Positions 40,030 to 53,310 of a DNA stretch of 64,000 nt are shown in pieces. Both the position numbers and the translations under genes were made by a program. Each line of letters opens with the position of its first letter. Positions within the stretch are counted from its first letter, which is position 1. This DNA is from Tubiluchus corallicola (taxonomy: Eukaryota > Animalia > Priapulida): NCBI GenBank assembly GCA_030141605.1, contig JAQGDQ010000601.1:67536-131535 (forward strand). The letters are read 5' to 3'. The notes under the pieces are model-generated. The model was not told where the DNA came from. It saw only the letters and a list, made by a program, of their open reading frames with translations, and searched no databases.

Positions 40030-40562
40030 ACAATTTATCTCACAATTTAGCTATAGAAACAGGTCGTTGGGCAAATGTACCTCGTGTGCGCAGGCTGTGT
40101 CATTGTGGAGAAATGCAGACAGAAGAACACTAAAAATTTGCTTCATAAACCACGCGTTGAATTATAGCAACATTGCAAATTTATTCGATGGAGAATTAAT
40201 GTCAATTGGAAAATTTATTTGCGACTGTACGCGTAGATTTTGAATTAAAAAGTATAGACTTTTGTTAGCGGACATATAACCGCATCATTGTGATTATCAT
40301 TTAGGTAAAATATTTTTTATGAAATGCGTACAAATGCTTAGTTAGTAGTTTTTTCTCTACATAGATTTTAAAATTAAATTTGTATACCTGTGTATATACA
40401 TTGTGCAGCTATGTTGGATCAAATGGTTTGTATAATCTGGAAATCATTACCCGAGCTCTGCCCGCTGATAAAACCATCGGGTATACGTTGATTTTGTAAT
40501 TTTCGTGTAAGAAATTTGATTTTCAGAAATAAAATATCTATCTATCTATATATCTATCTATA
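40030..40562 (+). mobile_element. LINE 3' fragment (RTE-X/L2-like C-terminal zinc-knuckle region)
   Basis: SHNLAIETGRWANVPRVRRLCHCGEMQTEEH motif; ends AATAAA plus a (TATC)n tail. Confidence 0.75.
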
Positions 40563-40831
40563 ACTTGAAACAAGAAAATCTCTTTTTAATGAAAGATTAG
40601 ATCATCAGAATATAATTATGTACACTGTACTCAAGCAACAAATCGTCTATACTAAGTACATAGAAAATAAAAACACTAAGATTGTCAGTAGTGATTTTGA
40701 TACAATAGCATAGCAAAACTCTAATAAATGTACAGCAGACCACTTATAAAATTAAGTATGGCTGAAAACAGGCAATCACGTGTGTCTGGTTTCCTTATTA
40801 TTTAACCTACTAATTATTTGATATGTTGCTC

Positions 40832-43800
40832 TTATATTGCCTGAACACACGAATCATTGGTGCCTTCTTTCTTCAGTGTCTCTTTACAACCATGCGCTTC
40901 AGTCTCCTCTGAAACAATAGGAATATACTGTGAAACTTCAGCTAGAATTTTAAAACATTAATTATTATCTAGTTGTCTGGAGGCAAGTCTTACGCGTAAA
41001 CTAATAAGGCATAAATTTAGATGTTAAAATAGATAATGCATGTTTTTATTTATATACATGTAAATGTATTATGCATACTTTTACATAACGTAAATATTGT
41101 AATTATCATGCAAACATTAGGCTATAATATTTTATGTCAATAATTACTAAAGTGGATTACTAAGTATAAATAATGGACAAATATTATATCTATATGAAAG
41201 TTAACAAATACGCTAAAAGCTAAGAAATACTACATGTCATGCACTATTAAGAAAGACAGCTGCCAAAATTTATTGTAATATAATTTAAAATACAAAGCAT
41301 TAGTTAAAAAAACAGTGCTTGGTACATCAATCAATCATACAATCTTCTAAATATTTTACTATACAATCAAATATATAAATTTTACTACTAAATATATATT
41401 ATAAATACAGTGAAGAAATAATAATGTTCACATATCAAATTACACAAATAAGTCTCTCACTTCAGGCGAACTGTATAGTGCAAAATGTGGCGAAGTATTG
41501 AACATATTGCACAGTGTACCGAAAATAAAAAATACTGAAAATAACCGCAAGAAATGAGGTCTGACTCGAAACACACTAAAGGCCCAACTAAATTTATTAA
41601 TAAAAGGGAATATGCCAACCGTTGAAGTAAGACACATAAATAAGCAAAGTACAAGCCTGACATATAAAAACTGAATAAATAAGTAAACAAATAAATAATA
41701 ATATCAATCAAATAGTTAACTGAAGCTGAAGGTTCAACTCAAAGATAAATAAATACATCCCAGCAACTAAACAAACATATAAACAAATAAACACTTACAA
41801 ATAAAAAACAACTAGCAATTAAAAATAAGCAGATATATAAGCAAACAAGCAGCAAGTAGACAGAACAGAAAAGCACACATTTTTTGTCTAGTCTGGCTAA
41901 AAAAGGTTTTAAATTTTCTATGAAATGTGTTGGGCACGCAGAGTCACGTGACTTACTCTACTAGATATACAGGTTTCTACATCTTTGACGTCAGTCTGGA
42001 ATATAAGAACTACCCAGCAGCATTGCAACCCCTTTTAATATCGTTGACTGTATTCTAGTACGACTTTGTGTATATCGTATACTTAGGCTGCATTAATTGC
42101 TTTAGTTAATTGAATGAGTCATTAGTTAGTTACTCATTAAGCGAATTTATCTACTACAATAAAGCAAGTTGTGACTGTAGGTATATGAGCTTGCATCTAG
42201 TTAACTCTGGGAAGGGTCCCACCTCATACCTGTCCTAGATCTCCTTTACAAAAAAGCAAGTGATTGGTTATACGCTCAACTGAACAGGCTGTCTAGTCAA
42301 TAAACCGTCGTATTAGAGGACAAGGTCATCCACTTTTACCTTTTCTAGAAATTGAAACCAGGTTCAACACAGTGTGTCGAACGTGTTAAGGCAGTGAAGT
42401 CGTCCAACATGGCTTCCGCCGGACATTTATTAACAGTCGAAGTCAAGACATAATTATTACGGCGACAGAAAGGGTTGCGTGCTCGAGCCGTGAGGCGAAA
42501 ACAACAATCAACTGGCTATTATTTGTTATCTGACGTACTGCTGTAAACGGAAAATCAGGAGATCTGGTGCAGAAACAATCAGGCAATGACCAGATGTTGT
42601 ATCAACAGTAGTTTCACGAGCTCCGGAGAGTCAGGACTCCACTGCACTCCACTAGGATTGGAGAAATAACCTCATACGACTCTGGTACCTCACAAGCATT
42701 GTGGAACTGACCACGTAAGATTCCACCCACTGCTCGAGCTTTGGAAGAGTAGCTGCTCAAGACTCCACAAAGTTCGCATAACGAGTTAGTCACGTTATTC
42801 CAGCTTTCAGAGTGATGGAGAACTCAAATATTGGAATCCGACAGCTTGCGTCTGCAGTCACTACAACTGTTAAGTATACTTACCTTACATCCTCCTCCCT
42901 CGGGTTAACTATTCTTCTGGTTATCTTAGGGTTTGTTATGGTTTTGAATTAAAGTAAATTGCTTTCGGTTCTTATTACTTTATTAAAAAATTAATTTATC
43001 AGTAATATTAAAAACTGTGTCGTTTGCTTCTATTCGGAATACGTATCTGTGAACTATGCTGAAATGGAAAGATTCACTGAACCCACGTGTCAGCACGTAT
43101 CATAAATTAGGAGAAATAAAGTGTTTGTGGTGTCGTAACGAAAGCGTCCAATACTCGCAACTCGGGATGTTACCCATATAACCAATCTCATTTACTGTAT
43201 ACGAGAACGCCCCATACCACAAGTGGTGCCCCACATACAGGGCCTATTTCAAGGGGGGAAAGTGGGGATACTTCCCCGGGGTCTCACCCTCCAGGGGGCC
43301 TCACACCGAGGTAACATTATTTTTTTGCTTTATGCGAACATACTGTATAACTCCATATTTTCTCTTCGAAAATGCTTCTCCGGCGTTCTAGCAGTTAAAA
43401 AATTTTCTGGGCGCCAACCATGGTGGCATACGCCCCCCCCCCCCCGAGGAGGTCTCACACGCCCCACTTCCCCGGACCTCGCTTAGGCTGAAATAGGCCC
43501 TGCCCACATATCACATAGTCCTCCTATTATATGTGCAACGCTCCCTTTTGGGCTTAATTGAATGGCGTAGGTGGGATGGGGAGACTATGCATTATTACAC
43601 TCGTACAGCAAAATGTTACACCCGCTCTTCCTGATGTTAAGATCCGCCAGTCGAGATGTTGCTGACTTAATCTGGCCTTTTTTGCAATGGAAATTATTTA
43701 TTATAGTGACGCATATTCAATTACATCAATAAAAAACTCATCATAATACAAGAACACAAAATTTTAAAACACTCTCATTTAAGTAATCTTACTAATAATA

Positions 43801-46800
43801 TTAGTAATATCAAAATGCAGGCATAGTCTTGAGAGTTGTTGGCATGTAAAATTCTAAAATATGCTTGCAGGGCAAATATTACAGGGAAGCCTGACTCAGG
43901 CGATCGAACACCTGGTGAAGCACATTATCAGTAATTTCAACTTCAAGATTCTTGCCAGGGCTGATTATTTTGTAAACGTGCAACTTTGTCAGTACTCTTG
44001 TTCACTACTTTTTCAGTATTCGGCTCTTTACTCAATGTAGAACCTATCTGGAGCGGAGCGTTATGTTTGACACCAGGTTCGCTGCAGGAGCTGCCGGACT
44101 CAGTGAGCATGCTGCACTGGTCCGCCTTCAGAGCTCCACTCCTGATTTGGAAGGTTTACTCCACTACACATGGCCGTTAGGTCACTTGACCTCCTCCGCC
44201 CTCTAGCCGTTGGCTGCTTGTGCAGCTCCTCCGCCTAGTGTCGAGATACAGTGTGGGAATTCCGCAAGCCTACAGCACCTAGTATTCCTAGGCGGTCACC
44301 CATCCACGTACTAAGCAGGCTCTACGTTGCTTAACTTCGGTGATCAGACGAGACCGGTGTTTTCAACGTGATTTGGCCGTAGTTATTGTTCACTACTTTT
44401 TCAGTATTCGGCTCTTTACTCAATGTAGAACCTATCTGGACCATTATCAGCAATATGCAACTAGAATGAGATAGTGAACCAGCAAGGGTGTTTTAGCTAT
44501 TTCTGGTGTATAATTACTCTGCGTCAATGAGAGAAGCCATTGGAGCATAATAAATTGCCTAGTAGCAGCTTCCTTGAAAGTTACGCATCTATTAAATGAC
44601 TAGGCATAGAAATATTAAAAAAAACTTACGTTCCACATTGCGTATTTTCAGGAAATATATCACCACAGCAACATGCACAGCCGCGACAAGAAGGAGAAAG
44701 CCAAGAACAGGGGCAATAACAAACTTCCACCAAAAACCCCAGTCTATTACAGCTGAAAAAATGAACACTTTTTAACTCACGAGTCTGCAGTTTTTCACTC
44801 TTTTCCAAACTTTACTGCCTAAAATAAGAGGATTTCGTATTTTTAGTGTTTGCACAGGTGCAAAGATCAAATTACTAGGGGTGCCTAGAAAAGACACACT
44901 TCTGGGCCTGGCCGAAGACGGGCCTTACCCACTCAGAAGCTGCAGCAGTGACGTCATGCATTAATTTCCTTCACCGGCCTAGTTCTGTGTCTGTGTTCAG
45001 AATTCTGCTAGGTGTCTGTGTTCAGAATTCTGCTAGGTGTCTGTGTTCAGAATTCTGCTAGGTGTCTGTGTTCAGTTTTGCTTCTTTAGTCTTTCCCTTT
45101 CCTGACGTCATTAAAGATAGTAACTCTCTTTACAATATTCAAGTTAATACTAAATCTGCATTGTTTTGTTGCAACTATATTAATCCCTGAGCCAGACAAC
45201 ATCTTGGTACCTCTTCTTGGTACATCTTCAGAGAGCAAATGCCTATGCCTGGAGATTACAAAGATGCCTGGTGAACATTTTAATGGCACAGCTTTGTGGA
45301 CGGTACTGACCCATTCTGATAGTTTTGTGTTAGAAATGATGTATGCCAAGGGAGTGTTTTGTCACCTCTACTTCTCTGAACAATTATCTAAATTTGTGTC
45401 AGGTACTTGTCGCATTGGCATAATCTCAATAAATTAATTACTTTAAGCTGACGATCGTTGTTCTGTGGCTCCCACGTTTGGTGGATATAAGATTTTACAC
45501 AATTTTAATCCTAGAAAACCAATTGTATTTATTTTATACCAACTAATTCATCTATATCACTCCTGAGGATGCACATATATGCATGCTTGACAAAATAAAA
45601 CGAGAAATTGACGATGTCTAACGATTGCTCTGATGTTTTTAAACCCAAATATATACCCAGATAGTATCTCACTTTCAACTATTTGCGTCAATTGTCAGTA
45701 ATACACACTCACCTACATATGTTGCCTCTACCTCGTCTATATATTGTAGTAATTTTCTACCTCATTTCAACTGATCTTAACAAAGTGTTAGAGAGCGTAT
45801 TCTTTATAACTGTAATGCGATGCTACACGGTTTAATGAACAACTCATATTCTTGGATGTTGCTGCGGCTCAGCGGATAATAAAGTGATACTCAGTTATCC
45901 AGTGAGCCGACGTAAAACTGTGTTTAAAAAGAAATGGATGTAAAGAAATGGTACAATGCCTTCAGTCGTGTAATTGTGAAATTAAAAGCCTTTTGAATGA
46001 TCCATTTCTTCACATCTGCCATTTCACATTCAGAAACAGTAAAATTAAGCAGAAATTCCACAATTGCAGACAGCTACTACCTTTTCAAATTACATTCATA
46101 TTAATAAAGGTGTATCTTTTTTCTACTTACAATATGCTGTTACTTCGGCTGTTCTACTATATTCATAATCTAAAAACAAAAATATAATCGCAAGTTATCA
46201 CAGCTGAAAAAATTTTTGAAAGAAAGAAGAAAGATTAAAGATATAAAATGTTGGCAGGTTAAAAAATTTTAAATAATAGCAGGCAATAAAATAAGTGCAA
46301 AGCGCATCGGTTTGATTTTTCAGCCAAATTTGCAATGCACCCATGTGCAATTATGCCCACTGCAACCAAATCCAATACAAATACTATAATTATATGCGAT
46401 AAAATGTAAGTAAATTGAAAATTGATGATATATTACAAATAAACAATTTAGGGTTTAGTGGGGAAATGTAAAAAAATTGTTCCCCGTGCGATCATGACAG
46501 TCTAACATTTCCAACGTTAGATCGCTCAAGCTAGAGTGATTTTAACTAATTAGAGAAGTTTTATTCTTATAATACAGACGTGTAAAGAATAAGTTCGGGT
46601 GGGGGACTCGCTGAATTCCAGGCTGTGGATCAAAAAGTCAGATACACAATGTACAATTTGGTCTGATATAAAATCGTTCTTGTGAAATTTCATGACGATC
46701 CGCTGCGAATTCGCAATTAAAGCTTAAAGGACAAGAAAAGGGATACCTGAAGTAGCTTTCAGAAACATCGCCTTAAAAAATTATATTACTTTATAGCAAT

Positions 46801-49800
46801 TTTATGCTTATATTTTACTCGCGTTTGAAAAAATTTTGTTCCTTACTTTCATTTTAACTCTCCCGCAATACTGTTCCGACCGCGTCACTAGATGACGTCA
46901 TATACGCACAAAGTAAATCAGGGGAAGAAAAGGAAATGTTAAACTATGTCCCAAAAGCTTTCCATTATTTAGCATACCTGGCTTACCTGCTGGAAAGACT
47001 TGTGTAACTAGAAAAGAAAATTATTAACGATCTAAAATGTTTTCACCAATTTAATTTTAAATCTTTTGGCAAGATACAGTAAGTAAAAATTTTACTTAGT
47101 TAGTGACGTGTCTGCTATGAATGCTCAGATTATTTTTTCAAACTTTACTCACTGTTATCTAGACTTGTTTCAAATGACTTATTGTCAAAATGGCTGCATA
47201 TAACGCACAGCGTTACTGCCGTTGCAAGCACTGCATGCAAAAGGCAGTACATAAGTGATATTAAATTTCAATAAGAGTTTATGTCAATGGAGGGTTTTCT
47301 TGTGCTTTAATTTTTTTCGAAAACGATGCTATCACCGTCATCTTGAATTCGTAACGATACGGATTGAAAATCCGACCTAGTCAATATATGCGGAATTCAT
47401 TCGAGTATATTTCTATAAAATGATCCATTGTGGATTCACGTAGCTCTTTTACGTTTTTTTGAAGATGATGTTATTGTCGCCATCTATTCAAAATGGGAGA
47501 TCAAAAGTCTGCTTCTGTCATTCCATACAAAATATATCACGTTCTAGTGTATTCCCTTAATAAAGTTTCATTACAATCCATTGTAGAATCAGATAGCCTT
47601 AGCTTTTTTCGTAAATGATGTTACTGAAGCTATCTTGAATTCAAAATGGCAAATAAAAAATGCGACATGCAGAACTTGTTTTAATGTGTTCTTATAAAGT
47701 TTTAGAATCATCTGTTGCAACCTAGCTGTGCCTAGGATTTTTTGAAAATGATGTAATTGTCACCATTCTAAATTCAAAGTGGCAGATTGAAAATCCGACT
47801 CCATCGATCAGTACGAAATTCGTTCCAGAATATTGGCTATGAAATCTTACTGTGATGGCCCATTGCCAATTGGCAGAGCCTTAGATCTAAGCTTTTTTGG
47901 AAACTGACGTTATTGCCGCCATCTTGAATTCAAAATGACGGTTCGACAATCCAGTCGATGCAGAATTTGTTTTAGTATATTCGCTTGAAGTTTCATGATA
48001 ACGCGTTCTATATTCGTGGACACCCTACCAAACAAGAAACATCCAGATAAGAAATCATTGGTCGAGCTACGACCTTAAAGTTATACAGTAAAACTATGGT
48101 TATGTGTTTGATTATAGAAATAATGAACTTGAACTACATCTACTTTGCATATTAAGAGAAAGATTGTTAGGATAATAGATAGACATTTTTTTATTAATAG
48201 ATGTGTGGCCAAATGCTAAAATTTTATCATTGAAATCAGTAATTTGGTTAGAGGGTTAAACAGGTCAATGGTCATGCATGCTAGACTGATTCTAAATAAT
48301 TAGATTTTTTAATTCAGTTTTTTAATTTTCAGCTTGAAGTTGCCTTGGGTAATTATCAAGATAATTATTAATGATGGCACAAACAAACACACAAACAAAT
48401 GAACTGTAGAAAATAAACTTTTCAAAAACAGGTAATGTGAAAAAATTGACAGAACCTGGATTTGAATCAGCGACTTAATTATTTACCTTGGTAGGAATAT
48501 CCTCTGCAACCACATTTATAGGGTCCATCACGACCGAAATCCATATTCCAAATCGATATACCATGATTTCCGCTCTTCAGTCGATTTTGCTCAATCGTAA
48601 TTAGATAGTCAGTGTATTGAGTTTCTTCTACAATAATGACTGCGCCCCATAGGTACCAAATGCAAGAATAGTTTTTGTTGTAATGGTTAACGAATTCTTC
48701 AGTTACCACGCATTGCATTATAGCTCCTTCTCCAATGGCTACCACTACGTCTTCTGGCTCCTTGTAGAAAACTAACGGCTTTTCCAAAAATTTTATTTCA
48801 ATTTCGAAACCCCTATTTGTTACGAGGGAGTTAGACGTGAAATGAAGAAACATCGACTGACCAGAAGACTCATAACCTGGAGGAAGTGTGTCGCCACAAA
48901 GTTTAGCTATCCTGGACGATTCATCAACATCGCTCCCATCGTAGATGTAAAGCGCATCGAAAACACAAAGGTCGTCGTACTCGACTGCAAACTTTTTGAA
49001 TGATATATATACAATCTGAAAATGACGCAGCGGTTAAGATACGTTCTAAATGACTATGAAGCAAATAATTGCTTTACTAAACTTAGAAGTGAATATGGCA
49101 AAGCAACATTGCATATAGTGGTCATTACTGTATAATACTATAGATAGAGGTTTAAGATTCAAAGGGACACAAAGGCAGTTAAAAACGGCCCTACTGAGAG
49201 AAGTTTTACCTTAGTTTATTTTAATAACCAGCATATTTCATATACCTTTTATGCATTTGTGCCTTATTGTGTTTAGAATATGTGCGCGTGGGAGTAGTGT
49301 GTTTTAATCTAATATATAATATCTTATTACCCATGTATTGGTAAAGTTTAATGTATATTTTGTACTGTGATTTATATTTTAACACTTTTTAAACTATAAA
49401 ATTTCTGAAAATGTATACGATTTTAGCCTTATCTACTATTTAAACTTTATAGATGTGCATAATTTTACTAGGGATGTATCGCAGTATGTTGTGTTTATTC
49501 TATAATTCTTAACTTTACATTTTAAGAACAGCATTTTTTATTTTTAAAATTCAATATGCTTAATTTATTATTGGATGTATGTGGATGTATTATTTTTGTG
49601 TTTTATTTATTTTACAATACTTTTCCTAAATTCTTATTTTTAGTACTAGTATTTCTTGTTTTTTAGTAATTAACATGCTAATTTTACTTTGGATGTCTTG
49701 CAATGTGTTGTGTTTATTTTATAATGGTTTTCTTAATTTCTTGTTTTTAGTATTTACTAACCACACTTGGGCCATGATGGAAATAACGTTAAGTCTTTAC

Positions 49801-52800
49801 ATATCCAAGCAAAAACCAAATTTGTTTCTCTTCTACTTACCTGGGTAAATGACAAACGACCAAGGTTTTTTACATTTTTACCTGTTTTGACATGGACATT
49901 GTTAACATTATTAATCTAATGATCATTACTATGTCATAAACATTATTGCACTGATTGCATTTATTGTGATGTATTTTGTTTACCACAGCAGTTTTTTTGT
50001 ATTGTTGTGTAAACGAATGACTACAAGTTACTATTAGATGGAGCAATATGATTGAAGTAGCAAGATGTGTTTGAGATATGACATCATGAGCTGACAAGGA
50101 TTTCTCGTTTCTGCTGCCTGATTTAGAATGATTCACGATGTCATGGGCTCCAGTATGAATAACATCACTGCTGACATATGAAGGTAGCTTCTGTAGTCGT
50201 CTCCCCATGGCTGTCTGTCATCTGTAAATTGATTTGGTCGTCCTGTATGAGTCTACGTGTTACATTTTCTGCCCTAATTCTACAAGGTGCCTCTGTACTC
50301 ACTATAACCTACAGCAGGGTGTCTTACCATGTGACGAAGTCCAAATTTGGACCTGTTTTTATTTCTTCTTCTTCAAGGTCTCATTCCATCTATTGCAGAC
50401 ATTGAGGTATCAACATTTATTAGAGCATTCCACCCACTTCTATCTGCAACTAACAGCGTAAGTTCTTCTACTCCTAAAGATAGATTTGGTTAAAGTTGTT
50501 GAACATCTTTATTTATCTTAGCTATCCAAGTTGTTACTGGTTTGCCAGGTGGTTTTTTGCAAAGTTTAACTTGATAAATTGATTTGAGCTGGAAAGATGG
50601 TTTCATCATCTCATTTTGCAAAAACAACGGTAGCCTACTTTCCAATTATCTTCCTATCCAATCACGCTAAAGTTGTCACACATATCATTACGGACAGGAT
50701 CAAGCGTCTCCTCTTTTCAGCAAACTGACTTTACTCCTTAGCATTGCATCACCAAGTGCATCCTCACCACCTCAGAACCCTGGACTAGCAGAAGAGGAAG
50801 GGAGGAGAGAGGTAGTTTGCAAAGTTTTCTTGGTAGGTTCTTTTACACTGACTGTAACTCTCTGGCTGCTATAATGGTTTGGAGTTCTTACAAAGTTCAT
50901 CTCCAGTCTCAAAGTACATTACCAGCAGAGTTCAGAAAAAGGCTGCTCTTGGATCTCTTTGCCAAACCTTCGGGCATTTATCAAGGCACTCGCCATTTTT
51001 CAACTCGTTCAACATTCCTACTGAAGTCCTGGTGGAGACCTAATGTCCACGCCTCCCCACCAGCTGTTACCATCATTTCGTGATTTCTGTTTTGCAAACG
51101 ATGTTACACTCTTTACAAAACTGATTGCAGGCTTCCAGGTGCATTTGAAATGTGCCCATTGGAAGTCTCACCATTGGGCCTTACTATCCAAGCGAAGATT
51201 AAATTCCCGAGACTTCACGTCCAGTTCCTTCTACCTCTGACACAGGAGAAGGCGTACAAGTTGTGAGTCATTTTATTTACCTTAGTTCAAAGATCACTTC
51301 TAATCCAAGTCCAAGATAGAAAAACGTACTTAGCTTGTGAGGATTACCTTTAGTCACTCGAAGGTTTGCTGCAGCTATAATATCAGATGACCAAAAAAAA
51401 CCATCTACTGCACAGCACCATGATGTCAGTTTTGCTTCATGGCGGTGAGACATGTACCCCTTTGACGACTGATTGACGACACTCACTGACGACCTCACTG
51501 ATACCTCACTGACGACCTCGGGCTCCTATTGAGGCCTTCCATCAAAGTCACTTGCATGCCACACTTTGCCTGCTAAATTTACTTTTTCACCAAGAAGAAT
51601 CGGGGGAGGGGGCACATAACCTCGACAGTAACTAGAAGGCTACAGCAGAATGAAGCCTCTTGCTACGTTGTCTTTTTGCATCATTACATAGCATCATAAT
51701 AGAGTCTTCGGTTTTTATCACAATGTGTTTTCACTTATTGCCGTACCAAGTTTGCAACACGGTCAGAACATCTGCAAAAGCCATTAACTAAAGTCCTAAA
51801 GCAATAGGTCGTTTTCTGATCAATGGCTCACGCAGTGGGGACATTTTAACTTCCTGTTTAACACCATTCTGTTTTTTTTTTACTAATGGCAGGCATCATA
51901 CCTTTTTTGTATGAGATTTATTTAATAAAAATGGCATGCTAAAGTTAATAAATAATTTAAGGGGCAAAAATCCTATGTCGAGCAATAGAGTTTGTTTATG
52001 TCGCCCAATTTGTAAAAATGTATGCTTTGAGTCGAGAAACGTGAAATGGGGCGAAGGAAATAGCCAGGGCACCAGGCGCTGGGTGTGCTTACCGCATCAA
52101 CACACCTTAATCCGGCCCTGTAAAAGCTGTGTGATATGGGTTTACTATGACGTCAGTAACTGTTTTTTATTTTGTACACCAAAAAAACTCCGCAAACAAA
52201 AGCTTACCATTGACTGAGGAGCAATGATGAGCCATCTACAATCTGCGTAATTTGGGTAATATCCTGGATATCCTGGAGAATATATTGAACTTTCTGTTGT
52301 TACTTCCAGAACTTCGCCGTTGCACTCATGTGGTGGTACAGTTGGTTTCGTAGTCGGTGCCACTGTATCAGTAGTCGTATCATTGGCAGTAGTTGTATAA
52401 CTGTCAACTGTCAATAAACAATAATTATGCTCATTACTGTTCATTTTTACGTCCATCATTACAATGTACCTATTCGTTTTGACAATTTAGGCTGTCATAT
52501 GTGCTTCTTGCTTACATCGATGACATTCTTTCGAAGTCCTGTTGTAATAGATGTTATCAAAGGCCAGCTAAATGTTGTTGCAAAATATTATGCAATACTT
52601 TTATTATTTTTTTTACTTCTTAATTACTTTTGGTTAGGAAACGTTGATATTTCCTATCTACATGGATCACTGTACTACCCTTTCAGTTAACTGGTTAAGC
52701 TCAAAATATATACAATTGAGAAAGGTAGCACCAACATCAGCAGCATCAGCACCACCAGCAGCAGTAGTAGTAGTAGTAGCAGCAGCAGCAGTAGTAGTAT

Positions 52801-53310
52801 GACAATGTATGTTGAAGATGATAATGATGATGATGACGATGATGCCGAACAATACGACGTTAGAAAATGATGACAATGACAACAATGACAATGATGAAGA
52901 TGGTGACGACTGCAACATTTATCCCCACCATGCCTATAACCTGTATATTTCTACACTACGCAGCAGCCTATGCACATGGAAGCTATCACAAGCATACCCT
53001 AGCTTGGGTAATATTCACGTAGTAATTTAGTATGAACTTTACGTCTTATATTAAACTTTACACTTTTCACCTAGAAGGTTTGTGATTGTTCGTCAGTCTT
53101 ATTCACACGATGATAAAATTTTTAACGCTCGGTTACAAAAATCAGTTGAATGTGAATTTTTGACAGATAAAACCTAGCTAAAATCTTTTGCCAAAATCAG
53201 ATTATAATATAATTATTTATCTTACCAAAAGTATCATGTAGAGCAATCCGCGAAGTAATTAGTAATACTGACAAAAGTAGAAAAACGTTACAGTTCTTGT
53301 ATAAACCCAT
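40832..53310 (-). CDS. Single-pass type I membrane protein: signal peptide, Thr-rich segment, CUB domain, Ig-like domain, transmembrane (TM) helix, short tail; 7 exons, ~370 aa
   Basis: Phase-compatible exons (1113 nt total): 53310-53226 (MGLYKNCNVFLLLSVLLITSRIALHDTF); 52407-52208 (SIYSPGYPGYYPNYADCRWLI); 49015-48487 (FAVEYDDLCVFDALYIYDG...LCGDTLP...FTSNSLVTNRGF, then Ig C...W...DGPYKC); 47230-47153; 47007-46987; 44752-44630 (TM FVIAPVLGFLLLVAAVHVAVVIYFL); 40908-40832. The CUB and Ig exons are secure; the small exons are less so. Confidence 0.75.
41926..42870 (+). mobile_element. LTR retrotransposon remnant: 446-bp LTR (41926-42371) plus degenerate internal sequence
   Basis: TGTGTTG...CAACACA inverted termini, internal AATAAA, then a degenerate PBS-like GTGTGTCGAACGTG and an ATG-led interrupted frame. 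No second LTR was seen. Confidence 0.5.
43238..43502. mobile_element. hAT MITE
   Basis: TIRs CAGGGCCTATTTCA / TGAAATAGGCCCTG; perfect 8-bp TSD CCCACATA (43230-43237 and 43503-43510). Confidence 0.93.
44053..44384 (-). mobile_element. 5S rRNA-derived SINE (SINE3): 119-nt 5S head (44384-44266) plus ~210-nt body, with a 55-bp target-site duplication
   Basis: The minus strand reads AACTACGGCCAAATCACGTTGAAAACACCGG...GATCACCGAAGTTAAGC...GGATGGGTGACCGCCTAGGAATAC...GTAGGCTT with no oligo-T terminator. The flanks 43998-44052 and 44386-44440 are identical. Confidence 0.85.
44987..45074. repeat. 25-bp tandem repeat, ~3.5 copies
   Basis: Unit GTGTCTGTGTTCAGAATTCTGCTAG. Confidence 0.9.
47270..48078. mobile_element. 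Helentron-associated-like element with internal ~140-150-bp diverged repeats
   Basis: Recurring (C)GCCATCTTGAATTCAAAATGGC-like and AAAGTTTCAT-like blocks; terminal hairpin GGTCGAGCTACGACC. Confidence 0.5.
51080..51330 (+). mobile_element. Degenerate RTE-type reverse transcriptase fragment
   Basis: FCFANDVTLF (decayed FADD box) and downstream FIYLSSKIT (resembles FTYLGS). Confidence 0.5.
52735..52912. repeat. Compound trinucleotide microsatellite (CAG/TAG/GAT/GAC)
   Basis: Read directly from the sequence; explains ORFs 52667-52918 and 52809-53030. Confidence 0.85.

Noticed and set aside
44266-44384. Functional 5S rRNA gene
   Set aside because: There is no oligo-T Pol III terminator, the 5' end is altered, and it is fused to a body and flanked by a target duplication, so a SINE fits better.
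49841-50208. Additional exon(s) of the CUB-Ig gene (strong donor at 49840, ORF 49870-50208)
   Set aside because: The phase does not fit between the two CUB-encoding exons, which already join in frame, and no domain signal is visible.
52667-53030. Low-complexity ORFs (poly-I/T/A, poly-M/D/N)
   Set aside because: These are translations of a compound trinucleotide microsatellite in an intron.
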